From Octopus sinensis (lineage: Eukaryota), in NCBI RefSeq assembly GCF_006345805.1, contig NC_043001.1:36394001-36458000 (forward strand): a stretch of DNA of 64,000 bases, in the 5' to 3' direction. Each line of letters begins with the position of its first letter. The stretch's first letter is position 1. This document shows positions 11,222 through 23,870 of this stretch, piece by piece. The notes below the pieces were generated by a model. It saw only the letters and a program-made list of their open reading frames with translations, was not told where the DNA came from and ran no database searches. Position numbers and translations under genes: made by a program.

Positions 11222-11618
11222 CATTCTTCTCCTGATACTATTAGTATCAAGTCTACTCTTTTCATTGACCACAACCTTCGTATTTTCCACTTTAAATCGT
11301 CATAGTTGTTTATTTTTTCTTTTTCTTTCACATTGACCCTGTTGTCACCGCTGTGTCGATAATCATACATGTTCTTCCTTTTTTATTAACCTCAACAATG
11401 TCCGGTTTCCTATGTCTGGTCAGGTGATCGCACTGGATCATTACATCCCGTAGGATCTTGCAGTTCTCATTTTGGATGACTCCTGAGGTTTGTTCATACC
11501 ACGTCTTTGCCCTTTGTAGGCCGTGATTTCCACAGAGCTCTCGATGGATCATTCTTGCCACATTGTCGTGGCGTCTTTTGTATTCATGCCATACCGTTTC
11601 GTCGCTAACGATGTGCCA
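11222..11618 (-). pseudogene. R4/Dong-like restriction-like endonuclease (RLE) fragment fused upstream of the 5' UTR
   Basis: EYKRRHDNVARMIHRELC..RKPDIVEVNKKGRTCMIID..KEKEKINNYDDLKWKIRRLW..ILIVSG (ORFs 11328-11561 and 11074-11370); abuts (TTA)n at 11619-11687. Confidence 0.88.
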
Positions 11619-11627
11619 TTATTATTA

Positions 11628-11676
<49 letters not shown>

Positions 11677-11850
11677 CATTATTATTAGAGGGAGAAGGAG
11701 GAGATGTTGGTGGTGGTGGTAGTGGTGGAGGAGGAGGGGAAGGTGGCGGAGGAGGAGGAGGAAGAGGTGGCGGATGGAGGAGGAGGAAGAGGTGGCGGAT
11801 GGAGGAGGAGGAGGGGTGGCGGATGAGGAGCAGGATGAGCGGGAGGAAGA
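11619..11850. repeat. (TTA)n followed by GGA/GGT low-complexity tract
   Basis: Direct observation. Confidence 0.9.
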
Positions 11851-11993
11851 GGAGAAACACGATTTTGATGATTATTGATGATGATGTTTACCGCGATGAT
11901 GAGGAATGATTGTTGGTTGTGCTGTGATATTGGAGGTACTGGTAGTGGTTATTAGAACTGCTGCTGCTCTGCTGTTGCTGCTGCTGCTGCTAC

Positions 11994-12024
<31 letters not shown>

Positions 12025-12639
12025 ATAATCGAAATAGCCGAAAGACGGTCTGTGGAGTGAAGCGATCATTCTCGCTGACATTGTAGTTCCTGACACGATG
12101 CCAGAAGCTGTGGCTGACATTTTTCCTTTTACTTGTTTTTTCTTTCTTTTTTGTCCCCCACGAAAGCTGCAAATTCTTTCCTCATCTATTATGGCAGAGC
12201 CATGGGAAAATAAAAGGGACATTTAATCTTTCACTGGACAATCTTTGATCTACATTTGTCTTACCCTTTAGCCCCTAATTCGGGCACAAGGAGGTGAAGG
12301 TCGAGAGCTAAGGTGACTAGCTATCTTTTTAAATCAATCGTGTGGTTCCGCGTGACACATAAAGAGAGTTGGAAAGAGAGGAGCTGGTTGTCTTTGGGGG
12401 AGAATAAGTTTTAAGAGAGGGGAGAAGAGGGAGAATAAAGGTATATATGTAAAAAGGGAGAGGTAAGTAAAAGAGGAAAAAAGGAAGAAAGCGAGAGAGA
12501 GAGGGGGGGAAAGAGAGGATGAAGGGTAGGTGAGAGGGAGTGAAAGAGCAAAGAGAGAGAAAGAGACAATAAGAGAGAGGGGAGAGAGAGGTGGAGAGAG
12601 AGAGAGAGAGAGAATACAGAGAGATGATAGATGTGTTGA

Positions 12640-12672
12640 AGGCGATGATGGTGGTGATGATGGTGGTGGTGG

Positions 12673-12704
<32 letters not shown>

Positions 12705-12728
12705 GTGATGATGATGGTGATGATGATG

Positions 12729-12782
<54 letters not shown>

Positions 12783-12785
12783 GTG

Positions 12786-12844
<59 letters not shown>

Positions 12845-12857
12845 GTGATGATGATGG

Positions 12858-12922
<65 letters not shown>

Positions 12923-12965
12923 TGATGATGATGATGATGACGACGACGACGATGATGATGATGGG
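12640..12965. repeat. Long (GAT)n microsatellite with GGT interruptions
   Basis: Direct observation; source of the poly-His/Ile/Asp ORFs. Confidence 0.95.
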
Positions 12966-13217
12966 GGGAGGAGGACGACGACGACGGCGACAATGGCGTC
13001 GATGACTTCGACAATAATGAAGAGGGGTTTTATCCGGATCTCCATATGAGTGTATACATACATATATATATATGTATGTATATATATATATATATGTATG
13101 TATATTAATTATTTTCGTATTGATTTGCGTACATAGTGTATTTTACACATTTATCATTGTCTTTATATTAGATTGCATTAGTCTAAGTCAGATTTAGAAC
13201 AATTTGTCTTTAATAGG

Positions 13218-13585
13218 TAACAAGAACACTCAAAGAGCGCAAACTTCCGCCAATGCAACACCAACCTCCTCTCAACGATTAGCCGGTGATGATTTTTAGA
13301 ATGAGAATTTCTGAAATAAACTCGACTGCTATCACAAACGAGAATATTAAAAAATGAACCCAATAGCTCTCAAAAATTAATTTTAAAAAAATAATCCAGA
13401 ATCCTTGTCCGGTACGGGATCGATCACTAAATGTAATCAGTTCACGCCAGTCATGGGGCCAAACATCCCTTGAACGTTTTATCCAAATCCATCCAGTGGT
13501 TCTTGAGATATCTTGTCCATGGACAAACAAACAAACAAATACGACTGAAAATAATACATCCACCTTTGTTAAGGCGAAGATAAAG
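13218..13585. mobile_element. Helentron/DINE-1-like non-autonomous element (tentative)
   Basis: Short subterminal inverted motifs cttccgcc (about 13245) and ggcgaag (about 13573), terminal hairpin-like segment and (AAAC)n tract. Confidence 0.45.
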
Positions 13586-14024
13586 ATATATCCAAAGATG
13601 TACTAGCATTTACACACACATAGACGTGGAAGTATTGGTACTGAAACATTTGTGTGTATGTGTGTGCGTGCGTGGGTTGATACACGTGTTTATGCGTACA
13701 TGTGTGTTCGTGCATTTGTATATGCGCATGCGTGTGTTTGTGTGAGAGTGTATGAATGTGCATGTGTGTATGCGAGTAGTAATGTGCGCGAAAGGTATTC
13801 ACCGCAGAAGGAAAAAAAAAACACTCTGTTACAGGTTTCTGTTTCAGAACACATCGAGCCAAACTCTGTGCGGACAATTTATTCAATGTTTCGGCGTGAT
13901 TTTGCCTCTGCAGTATCAGAATCTGCTTTGGTCATTTGGAACTAAATCGAAAACAACAAACAATAGAATAGCTAGTATATACTGAGATTTGCTTAGATGG
14001 AATTCATTTTGTGTGCATATATGG

Positions 14025-14312
14025 CCTTGTTGATAGGGCGGTGTGCTCACAAGTTCTACAATGTGGGTTCGATTATAGGACCGCACGGTGCACTATGTTC
14101 TTGAACAAAACGCTTCATTTCACGTTGCTACAGTTCACTCGGCTGTAAATGGGTAACACTACAATGAATTAGACTTTCAATCAGGAGGGAAGCTGGCCTT
14201 CTTGCCTAGCCAGCCAGTAGCGTCATTCAAAAGCTAAAACGATTCAAAGCGCATTGTAATCAGCGATGTATGACAGCATCTCATAGACTTGTCGATCATG
14301 TGATCACGTGAT
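14025..14312 (+). mobile_element. Diverged S2-like SINE ending in tandem TCACGTGA
   Basis: tRNA-like head and gttcttgaacaaaacgcttcatttcacgttgc core. Confidence 0.7.
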
Positions 14313-14699
14313 ATGGCTTCGTTATGCGTACACTATATTAAATGTATAATTTCAGATTTAAATAAATTTTAATGATTATATGGTTGTCTATTTACTTCTT
14401 TCATGTCTGTGTATATATGTACGTTTATGAAGTTGTCTTGCAAAAAACATAAATAAATACTGTCCCGAATTTGTGTTGGCCAAAGAAGTATGACATGACC
14501 ATCCCGTAATATAACGGTATACACACACACACATATAATATAAATCTCATATATATATGTATATGTATATACACGCAGCCCGGTCCGAGGATCGAATTTG
14601 CAATCTCACGATCGTAAGCTCGACACTGTAACCACTGAGCCATGCCTCTTCACTATATATATATATATACGTGTGTGTGTGTGTGTGTATGCATGCATG

Positions 14700-14733
<34 letters not shown>

Positions 14734-15090
14734 ACATTGGTGTGTGTAATTATATATGTGTGTGTGTACATGTTGTTACATATGTGCATATACCAATGCA
14801 CACGCAAAAATTCAGTGACAACATGCAGACATAGAGACACATAGACGCCTCCATTTACATCTATACGTTTTCCTGTTCGTCCATCTGTATATGTCATGCA
14901 AACACTGTATATCAATCAACGTCATTCGCTTTCAGAATTGATAAAAACGCACCCAAGTGATGTGCTGATAATCTCCTTGATAACGGCTATTCATTCACCC
15001 ACGCCTTTCTCTCTCACTCCCTCTGTCTCTCTGTCTTCCCCCTCTCCCTCCCTCTCGCTTTTCCTCTCCCTTTCACCGTCCCTCTCTCTC

Positions 15091-15133
<43 letters not shown>

Positions 15134-15282
15134 TGATTTGTTTGTTTCCCTTTTTCTTTTCATCACGCTTCCGATGCTACTTTACACATCATTCCGATTT
15201 TACATTACTCTCAGGGACGCGTGCGTGTATGCATTCGTATGGGCACCGCTACACAAGTGACACACCCAAACATGCACACACA

Positions 15283-15324
<42 letters not shown>

Positions 15325-15906
15325 ATTACATTAATGCACGACTTTCATATATGTGCATACATACATGCATACATATATTAATACATGTACATATACATTA
15401 TGTATATATATATTTGTGTATGTATTCATGTATGTATGTATGTATATATATATGTGTGTGTATGTGTGTATATATATATGTATGTATGTATGTATATATA
15501 TAGAGAGAGAGGGGGGGAGAGAGAAAGGGTAATAATTTTATGTTCGGGTATCCACCATGTATATGGTTAAAGCGCTTTTACAGTATTTGGCTGTTGTCTG
15601 ATGTCAACAGAAAGTCTCAAGAATATGTGTGTATGTGTGTATGTGCGTGTGTGTGCGTGTGTTTGTGTGTGTGTGTGTGTGTGTGTACTTGCATATATAC
15701 ATGCATTCATACATACATTTATTTGTACTCGCACACATTTATACGCATACATCTGCATGCAAATAGATTTGTCTATGCGTGTCTACGTATATACATACAT
15801 ATATATATGTTTGTATTTATGTATGTATATGTGTGTTTATATATACATATTCATCCATCCATACACACACAGGCACATACACACACACGCACACACATTA
15901 TTATTA

Positions 15907-15951
<45 letters not shown>

Positions 15952-15970
15952 CACTACGCCATAGGCCCAC

Positions 15971-16223
15971 GGGCATATGGTGTAATGATTAAGAGCGTGG
16001 GCTAATAACCCCAAGATTCCAAGTTCGATTCCAGGCAGTGACCTGAATAATAATAATAATAATGATAATAATAACATCAAAAAATACCTTCGGAATGAGA
16101 ACCCAGGTTCGAAATTTTCCCAAGGCACCTGATGAAGGCTGGAGGGTATATCAGCCCAAAATTTGTGTTAACAACAAACAAGATGAGGACAAATATCCGT
16201 CAAATGTAAATAATGTAAATGAT
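15971..16223 (+). mobile_element. tRNA-headed SINE (family B) with (AAT)n spacer and hammerhead-bearing tail
   Basis: Head gggcatatggtgtaatgattaagagcg...gttcgattcc; hammerhead 16124-16169 ggcac CTGATGA A GGCTG..CAGCC cAAA AT TT gtgtt (G12C); homologous to 38669-38957. Confidence 0.8.
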
Positions 16224-17001
16224 GTTCTTGTTATAGTTGTTTTTATTTAATTTCAGGTCGATCCTGACTAATTAAATCATGTTCAGAGGACCTTCCAGCA
16301 CTGATCATCCCATTTTCATTACTATGACCTTGCGATATTTACGACTTCAAAGCATGATTTGAAAGAGATTTGGCTGTTATATCTAGCAGAACGTGACACC
16401 GACCACAAACAGGTTTCTTTGTCGGTTCTTGCATTTAGTAGTGGCAGGTGGTGGTGGTTTTGGTTTTGTTGTTGTTGTTGTTGTTGTTCTTGATGTTCGT
16501 GGTGGTGGTGGTGGTGGTTATAATGATGTTTCATTTTTCGCCAGAAAATGATATACGACTTTCATAAGATATCTCTCTCTCTGACCGAATTTCCTGAATT
16601 TACCCAATTAAGCCATAAATGCAAAATAGCATGAGATCTTCCATCAGCTTGCCGCAAATTTTTTAAAAGTATTTTTTGCCACTTTCCCTATCATGTTTCT
16701 ATCTGGTCTCCCCCATTCATTTGTCATATAATTCTATCATGACATATAAAATTTCTAATCAAATTTGATTTTTTTTTCATATGGTTGCCATGGCATAAAC
16801 ATAATCACTCCATAAAATATGTATATATTTATCTAAATGTGAGTTTTATTAAGAACAATGAGTCTGACAAAATGCTTTTTTTTTCTTTGTACGCTCATTT
16901 GGGGACAGTGGAATTTGTTATATGACGGAAACAGTACATAAGCTGGGCGTGTTTATGTGTATCCATGTGCATGTGCGCATATGCACACTTCTGTATAAAT
17001 A

Positions 17002-17029
<28 letters not shown>

Positions 17030-17033
<4 letters not shown>

Positions 17034-17200
17034 GGGAGAGTTTACGAAAAAAAAACAAAAGACGAAGACAGGTGGTGTACAAAACAAACAGATGTATTAG
17101 TATAACGCTCAGGAATAGAAACAGTCTTTTATGTTTCGAGCCTACACTCTTCTACAGAAAGGGACACAGAAATAAACAAGGAGAGAAAATATACATACCT
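17030..17200 (-). mobile_element. Family A Penelope-like repeat with hammerhead-like motif (17124-17165)
   Basis: cttt CTGTAGA A GAGT gtag GCTC GAAA CA TA aaag on minus. Confidence 0.65.
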
Positions 17201-17597
17201 GTGTGTGTGCTGTGTGTTTGCTGTGAGCGTATAAATATATAGCAGATATATAAATAGGATTAATTTTGATATTTCTCTGTAGATTGAAAACAAGAATGCC
17301 GGAAATCGATTTTCAGTGTCTACACCAATTTGGTAAATCCCAGCAACCAATCTGTTTTATATACTCAAAGCTTCCAGAAGCTACAGAAAACTGGAACAAC
17401 TAGTTTGCATACCTTAAATTTTAACACGTTATTTAATATCAAGAGTTTATAAACAAGGAACTCAGTCCATATAGTATTAAAACCTATATGTAAAAAAAAG
17501 GCTAATTTAACAAATCGATTTTCAAACAGTATTGGTTTCTCATCATAGGGGTCTACATCAATTTGACTAATATATATATATATATACATATATATCA

Positions 17598-17782
17598 TGA
17601 TAGATCGTTAGTCACTAAACATATTTTTTCTCTCCTTGTTTTTTCTTTGTACCTTTCTGTAGAAGAGCGTAGACTCGAAACGTAAAATACTTTTTCTATT
17701 CCTGAGCGCTATACTAATACATCTGGTTGTTGTGTACACCACCTACCTTCGTCTTTTTTTTTATTTTCGTAAACTTTCCCTT
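17598..17782 (+). mobile_element. Family A Penelope-like repeat with hammerhead-like motif (17653-17688)
   Basis: cttt CTGTAGA A GAGC gtag aCTC GAAA CG TA aaat. Confidence 0.65.
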
Positions 17783-18654
17783 TATATAGATAGATAAATG
17801 TTACACTATCTATATATTTATATATACGTGTGCTTGATGTATGTATATATATACGTAATAGAGGGCATGCATATGCCTGTATATGTATATATACGCATTC
17901 AAGGGCAGCAGCGGCAATGGGTAGGGGGCGTGATTGAGGGGAGGGTCATAGTGCTACGAACACCAATGACACACACACGCGCACACACATGTACATACAC
18001 ACAAACACAGACGCATGCACATATAAGATAAACATCATAGAAGAATAGAATGGAATAAGCAGAGCAAGAGCACACACGAAGACAGAAATTCTCGCTAAGG
18101 AGATCACAGATGTGTGATATAAAATTCCTGGACAATGGACATGAGTTAAAATAAGAACAATAACAAACGAGGGAAGAACGAACATATAGTGCCTGTATTT
18201 ATTTGCCCCCTCCCCCCAAAAAAATGATCACCCCGAAATACAACATATGTTTCAATACACGACTTCACGTCAGAAAATTCGCAACACAAATTCATAAACG
18301 TGTGTGTGTGTACATGTATGTATCTAAGAATGCATATATGCATGTATGTAGCTATGTATGTGTGCGTGCATTTAAAACGTCAAGATGTATTACACGAGTA
18401 AATTTTTGTTGACAACCAAAGAGAAAAATTATTTGGGAAGTTTATGAAAATACGGGAAAATATTTATTTATTCATTAGAATATTCTACTAGTTTCGGTTG
18501 TTGAAGATGGTTTAGTCAAGGAATAACAAAGAGGGAAAATAAATTGAATTAAATAAAATTATCTTTTACGATAGCAGTTTTGAAGCTCCGCATTTATTTC
18601 TACAAAATGTAAATGGTAGTGTCCCCCCCACTCCCCGCTGATAGCTGCTTTATC

Positions 18655-18714
<60 letters not shown>

Positions 18715-19228
18715 ATTATAGCACCAGCAGTGTTCTATTGTTCTCTCTTGTAGCAGCAGGTGTATAAGTTTAGTATTCCTTAGTGGGAACGTTGATAAAC
18801 AAGAGTGGTTCGTGATAATGAGAAAAGTGGTAAGGAGGTGGTTGTGGTGGTCGTGGCTGTGGCAATCGTAGGAGCAATAGTGGTAGTGATTGTAGTAATA
18901 GTGTGTATTTCATTCTCATTTGCAGTGGTAGAAAAGAAAATTTTCGATTGTATTCTCTTGATGATGGGCATTTGTGCCCGAAATATATGAAAAATGTGAA
19001 ACATTTTCATGATGTAAGATTCTCTTCCTATTCACAATATTACTTATTTATAGCAATACTTCAACCAAGCTAAAACGCTCTTTCAACACATACATACATG
19101 CATACATACATACATACATTAATAAAAAGAATTATAACCTTTCCCCATATATTGATTATAGAAAATAGTCTGATACTAGTGCATATAAATTCCTATATGG
19201 CGACATATATATATATATATATATATGT

Positions 19229-19867
19229 ACAGGGTACCCCTGTTACATTTAATGACTTTTTTGTCTTCTTTTTACTCAGGAACGATTTCGTGTGTTTGTG
19301 AATTATTAATGCCAGATAGCATAAAGGTTAATGTCGTAGTTGATGAAAAGTTAGCCAATATGGAGGACTAGATAATGGTTTGGATTGGTTCTCAAAATAC
19401 CGATATCATGACTGCCGCCCAATGCCCCGAGAACACTGAAAGTCTGTAACACGAGAAAATCTAGTTCATCTGATTTGTGTTGGTTTTGTATTGTGTCTCC
19501 AGTTAGGTGACATTATACGACCCCACATCAGATGGCTATGTTGAAACTGCTGTGGGAAGTGTTGTCGCTGGAAGACTATATGTGTAGCAGCAGGTTTCGG
19601 TTCCTTGCCGTACTTCTGGAAGTGGTCGTCGGAAAATTTCTACATCACCAACAACAATTTCTGGCCTCCTATTTCAACCCCAATTTTAACCTCACGCATA
19701 CCAACCGTTCTGCCTGCAAAACTAAAGCCAAGATAGAGGCCAAGATAGAGGCCAAGATCAAGGCGGTGTTCGAACATCTTCCTAGGAACACAGTGAAGAA
19801 CGCATGCACCATGTTCCGGAATCGTTTTGAGGCCATAGCTGAAGGTGAGGACGGCTATTTTGAGTAA
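19229..19867 (+). pseudogene. Tc1/mariner (maT/DD37D-like) transposase relic, C-terminal part
   Basis: Frameshifted motifs CVSS..GDIIRPHI, VVAGRLYV*QQVSVPCRTS (QQDSAP-like), SENFY..NFWPPIS.., and KIKAVFEHLPRNTVKNACTMFRNRFEAIAEGEDGYFE*; possible TIR start TA-CAGGGT at about 19228. Confidence 0.75.
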
Positions 19868-20529
19868 ACTGTTTTCTCCAATAAGCAGCAGCTGAGCACT
19901 GAGGTTGACTTACCCATTTCCAGTGACTGGCCTTGTGCTAAAATTTGAAACAGATATTTATTTATTTATTTATGGAATCGTTAATAGTACTTTGCAAAAA
20001 CAAAGGCCGACAGTACTCTCTAGTTAGTGCTGTTTATCTTTATTATCTATATGTAACATTTAGTATGTGTGACTGTCTGAATGTATGCGTGTGTGCCAAT
20101 CACTATGTATATGATAATATTTAGCATCTAATACAATATACCAGAATAATCAATGTATATCTTTATCTTTATTCCATAACATAGCCAACAGAGATCCACT
20201 GACATTGCACACTAGTTTATACTCTGAAGCTATAGTCTGCTGAGGTTTCTCGGTAATGATAATCATTTCAGTAGATAAGAATCAGTTTTGTAAGATACTA
20301 ATCATATTTTGCGATGACAAAAATCAAGAAAAATAATTATCATCGACAATACTCGCACAATAGTCTTGATTCACCTAAGGCAAAGACATTACTAAAGTAC
20401 CTATCTGTCTCATCTTGAATATAAGAACCTATTATCTGCAATGACAAAATCATTTGAAATGATAGTTTTCGAAGAACTTTGAGAAGTATTGTAGGAAAAG
20501 ATGATATTGTGGATATATAAGATGTATAA

Positions 20530-20537
20530 TAATGATG

Positions 20538-20626
<89 letters not shown>

Positions 20627-20640
20627 CATAATCATAATCA
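20530..20640. repeat. (AAT)n microsatellite
   Basis: Direct observation. Confidence 0.95.
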
Positions 20641-20941
20641 TGATGCCTGTATATTAGAATTCGTTGGAAACAGATCAAGTGTTTTCTATACTACAATGAC
20701 AGAAAAATAATTACATGCGTAAGGAATGTATTTATATGAAAAACTGCGATTATAATTTGCATGATGTAAGTAGGTCTTCTCTATACTGTCACATTCTACG
20801 TATGTTTGTATAGTTACTATATATTTATATATACATTAACTAAATGATCGTGCCCCCACCATATATATATATATATATATATGGCGGTGCCCCAGCATGG
20901 CCACAGCTCATAAGCTGAAACTAGAATCAATCAATCAATCA

Positions 20942-21005
<64 letters not shown>

Positions 21006-21105
21006 AGATATAGAGACTAATGCTTTTATAAATAAAGCATATATATATACACGTAATCTCAATTATATATACATATACATACGTACATACACACACACAA
21101 ACACG

Positions 21106-21203
<98 letters not shown>

Positions 21204-21295
21204 CAGATGAATATGGTACTTAAGTTGATGCACCAGAATTTAATGTGGTATTATCCATACAATTTCAAAATATCAAAGTAAGGAGATTAAAATCA

Positions 21296-21392
21296 AAATA
21301 TGCAACAAGGATATCCTGAGGTAACGCAGTACGATCATTCCATGCATGAAACGATCGTACTGCATTACCTCTAGATATCCTTATTTTGATAT
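21296..21392. repeat. Inverted repeat (about 45-bp arms) containing a hammerhead 3' half
   Basis: aaggatatcctgaggtaacgcagtacgatcattccatg|catGAAACGATCGTActgcattacctctagatatcctt. Confidence 0.7.
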
Positions 21393-21530
21393 ATATGTAT
21401 ATAAATAAGAAGATAGATAGATAACTGATAGATAGATTTAAAGAATTACTCCGTATTTCTGTAGAGCATCAATTATTATTTTTAACAAGGATAGTGACTT
21501 CGAATTTTGGGTCAGGTAAGACATCATCGA

Positions 21531-21568
<38 letters not shown>

Positions 21569-21904
21569 GAATTTTTTAAAGGATTCAATAGAACCTAGGC
21601 TCATCAACAAGTAAGACGTCAGAAATATATATCAGAAAACGGATAAAAAGAAAACATATATATATATATAAATTCTAACACTATAATGTTCTTAACAATC
21701 AATCAAACCTCTCTGTATGTATATCTACCCTCTTTATAATGTTAGCAATGGACATGGAAATAAGTATATGGATTGATGGAAAACTTCTATGAATGGTTGA
21801 AGATTGCTCAACATTTTAAAACTGATGTAATACTTACAATGTTTAATAAAATGATGTAGCATGAAACAATCGTACCAAATTACCGAAGATATTCTTGTTG
21901 CTTA

Positions 21905-21939
<35 letters not shown>

Positions 21940-22450
21940 ATGTATTATGTATGTATCTATGTATTTAACTTCATGCAAAATCGATCTGAGAACTTCAGCA
22001 TCAATAGAGGAAAGAGTCGCGAACCAGTTTGTTCGAAAAGTGGCATAGGATTCAAGAACTCGAAAATTTCAGTTACATCAAGTACTTTGCGTTCTATGCT
22101 GTTGATAGTAAGGAAGGATCCCTGACGCACAAGATTGGAATTCCTGTAATAAGCTTCATAACACCTGGCAATTAATTATTTGAAACTCAACAAACCTTGT
22201 CGTCTTCATGGCGTAAGGAGAGAACATTTTTATTTTTCTTTGTGGAATCGGAGCCTTGATGCTACAGACACCAGGTTACTCACGAAAACTCAAAAAAAAA
22301 CCATTTCTTTGCCTGAGAACAACTTCAACTAAGGGGTTTATACAAACATTCCATGCTTTTCTGATATTGATGTTAATCACAGAGTAGGCGTTGCTGGCAA
22401 CTGCAATGCTACTAGGCAGTAGACCTGGTCGCAAGTTATATTGGATGGAT

Positions 22451-22830
22451 GGAAGCACTCCGTCGGTTACGACGACGAGGGTTCCGGTTGATCCGAATCA
22501 ACGGAACAGCCTGCTCGTGAAATTAACGTGTAAGTGGCTGAGCACTCCACAGACACGTGTACCCTTAACGTAGTTTCGGGGATATTCAGCGTGACACAGA
22601 GAGTGACAAGGCCGGCCCTTTGAAAACAGTACAACAGAAACAGGAAGTAAGAGTGAGAAAGTTTGTTTGAAAGAGTACAGCAGGGATCACCACCATCCCC
22701 TGCAGGAGCCTCGTGGAGCTTTAGGTGTTTTCGCTCCAATAAACACTCACAACGCCCGGTCTGGGAATCGAAACCGCGATCCTATGACTGCGAGTCCGCT
22801 GCCCTAACCACTGGGCCATTGCGCCTCCAC
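22451..22830 (-). mobile_element. Full-length tRNA-derived SINE family S3
   Basis: Head gtggaggcgcaatggcccagtggttagggcagc; tail ..cctcgtcgtcgtaaccgacggagtgcttcc. Confidence 0.9.
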
Positions 22831-22977
22831 TCGCAAGTTATATTGTGAAGCTTCACGCACCATAATACGAAATGAAGTCCACTACTTCAGTACATTGATG
22901 TTATTTATAGAAATATACCGAACGGAAATCTGGACGTATAAAATCGATAAGGAGATAATTATCTATGGCAAAATGTG

Positions 22978-23077
22978 NNNNNNNNNNNNNNNNNNNNNNN
23001 NNNNNNNNNNNNNNNNNNNNNNNNNNNNNNNNNNNNNNNNNNNNNNNNNNNNNNNNNNNNNNNNNNNNNNNNNNNNN
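22978..23077. other. Assembly gap (100 N)
   Basis: Direct observation. Confidence 1.
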
Positions 23078-23614
23078 TCTTGTTGTGATTCATGTCAGTG
23101 TTTAATTAAGAAACCTTACCATAGCTGCATTGGTGGTTTCAAATTTTCAGTTATGAATATGAAAGCAAGATGCTTCTCAGGAAAAACATTCTGCATCAGT
23201 TTTCAATTTGAACCAAGAAAATGTTTGAAAATAAGAAATAAGTTGTTTTTTTTTTGTATGGCTATATGAATATACACACAGACAGATCTGCTCAATTGCT
23301 TTGTTTGTATATGGTTGTTGTACGGATCTAATGATGGTCATCTTCGCCATTAGTCGTAGATCTCTGATGATTGTACATTCATTTTTATACATCTCCCTTC
23401 ACAAGCGAGTTGACGAGCGCAAGTGTTACTCTGCATACATTTCTCAATATCTTCAATTAATCCTCATCGAATTGAGAAGCTGCTACAGCGAACGTTGTGT
23501 AAATTGTGAAGTATTGACGCCGCTCTGCCTTCAAAGTAGTCTTTAGCTGGTCTCTGAACTGCTTCGTTGATAAACCCACCAGATGTTGACTATTGGCGCC
23601 TTTTTGAATACCAC

Positions 23615-23870
23615 ATGTCAAAACGCTCGTGGACATGCTTACAAATTTTATTTTCAAAACTGCACCAATGACCTTCGGAAACATTTCTTCACGCTCAGAA
23701 TTGCTGAAGTATGGAATAAACTGCCTGCATCAGATGTTAGTCGTCGAGATACTTCATCCTTCAAAATTTCTATCCTTCCTAAAATTCGCCAGCAGTTCAC
23801 CTGATGCCACCCAACCACCCTTTTTTAGCTGTAGTGCGCCTGAGCACTGTATACAATTTCATTATATATT
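23615..23870 (+). pseudogene. CR1/L2-group LINE 3' end
   Basis: ARGHAYKFYFQNCTNDLRKHFFTLRIAEVWNKLPASDVSRRDTSSFK matches the CR1 C-terminal pattern RGH..K..R..FF..R....WN.LP. Confidence 0.85.

Noticed and set aside
12262-12315. Faint resemblance to twister ribozymes of RTE 5' ends
   Set aside because: Pseudoknot pairings could not be formed.
12329-13063. Long poly-His/Ile/Ser/Asp ORFs
   Set aside because: Entirely (GAT)n and GA-rich low complexity; no domain.
21491-21516. Plus-strand 26-nt exon-like segment with gtaaga donor
   Set aside because: Overlaps a motif (ttcgaattttgg) shared with SINE tails; not frame-preserving.
21950-22180. Minus-strand open frame (..SIERKVLDVTEIFEFLNP..)
   Set aside because: No convincing donor or recognisable family.
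22755-22830. tRNA-like sequences (also heads of S1, S2, S4 and B)
   Set aside because: SINE heads without a complete acceptor stem, continuing into SINE bodies; not tRNA genes.
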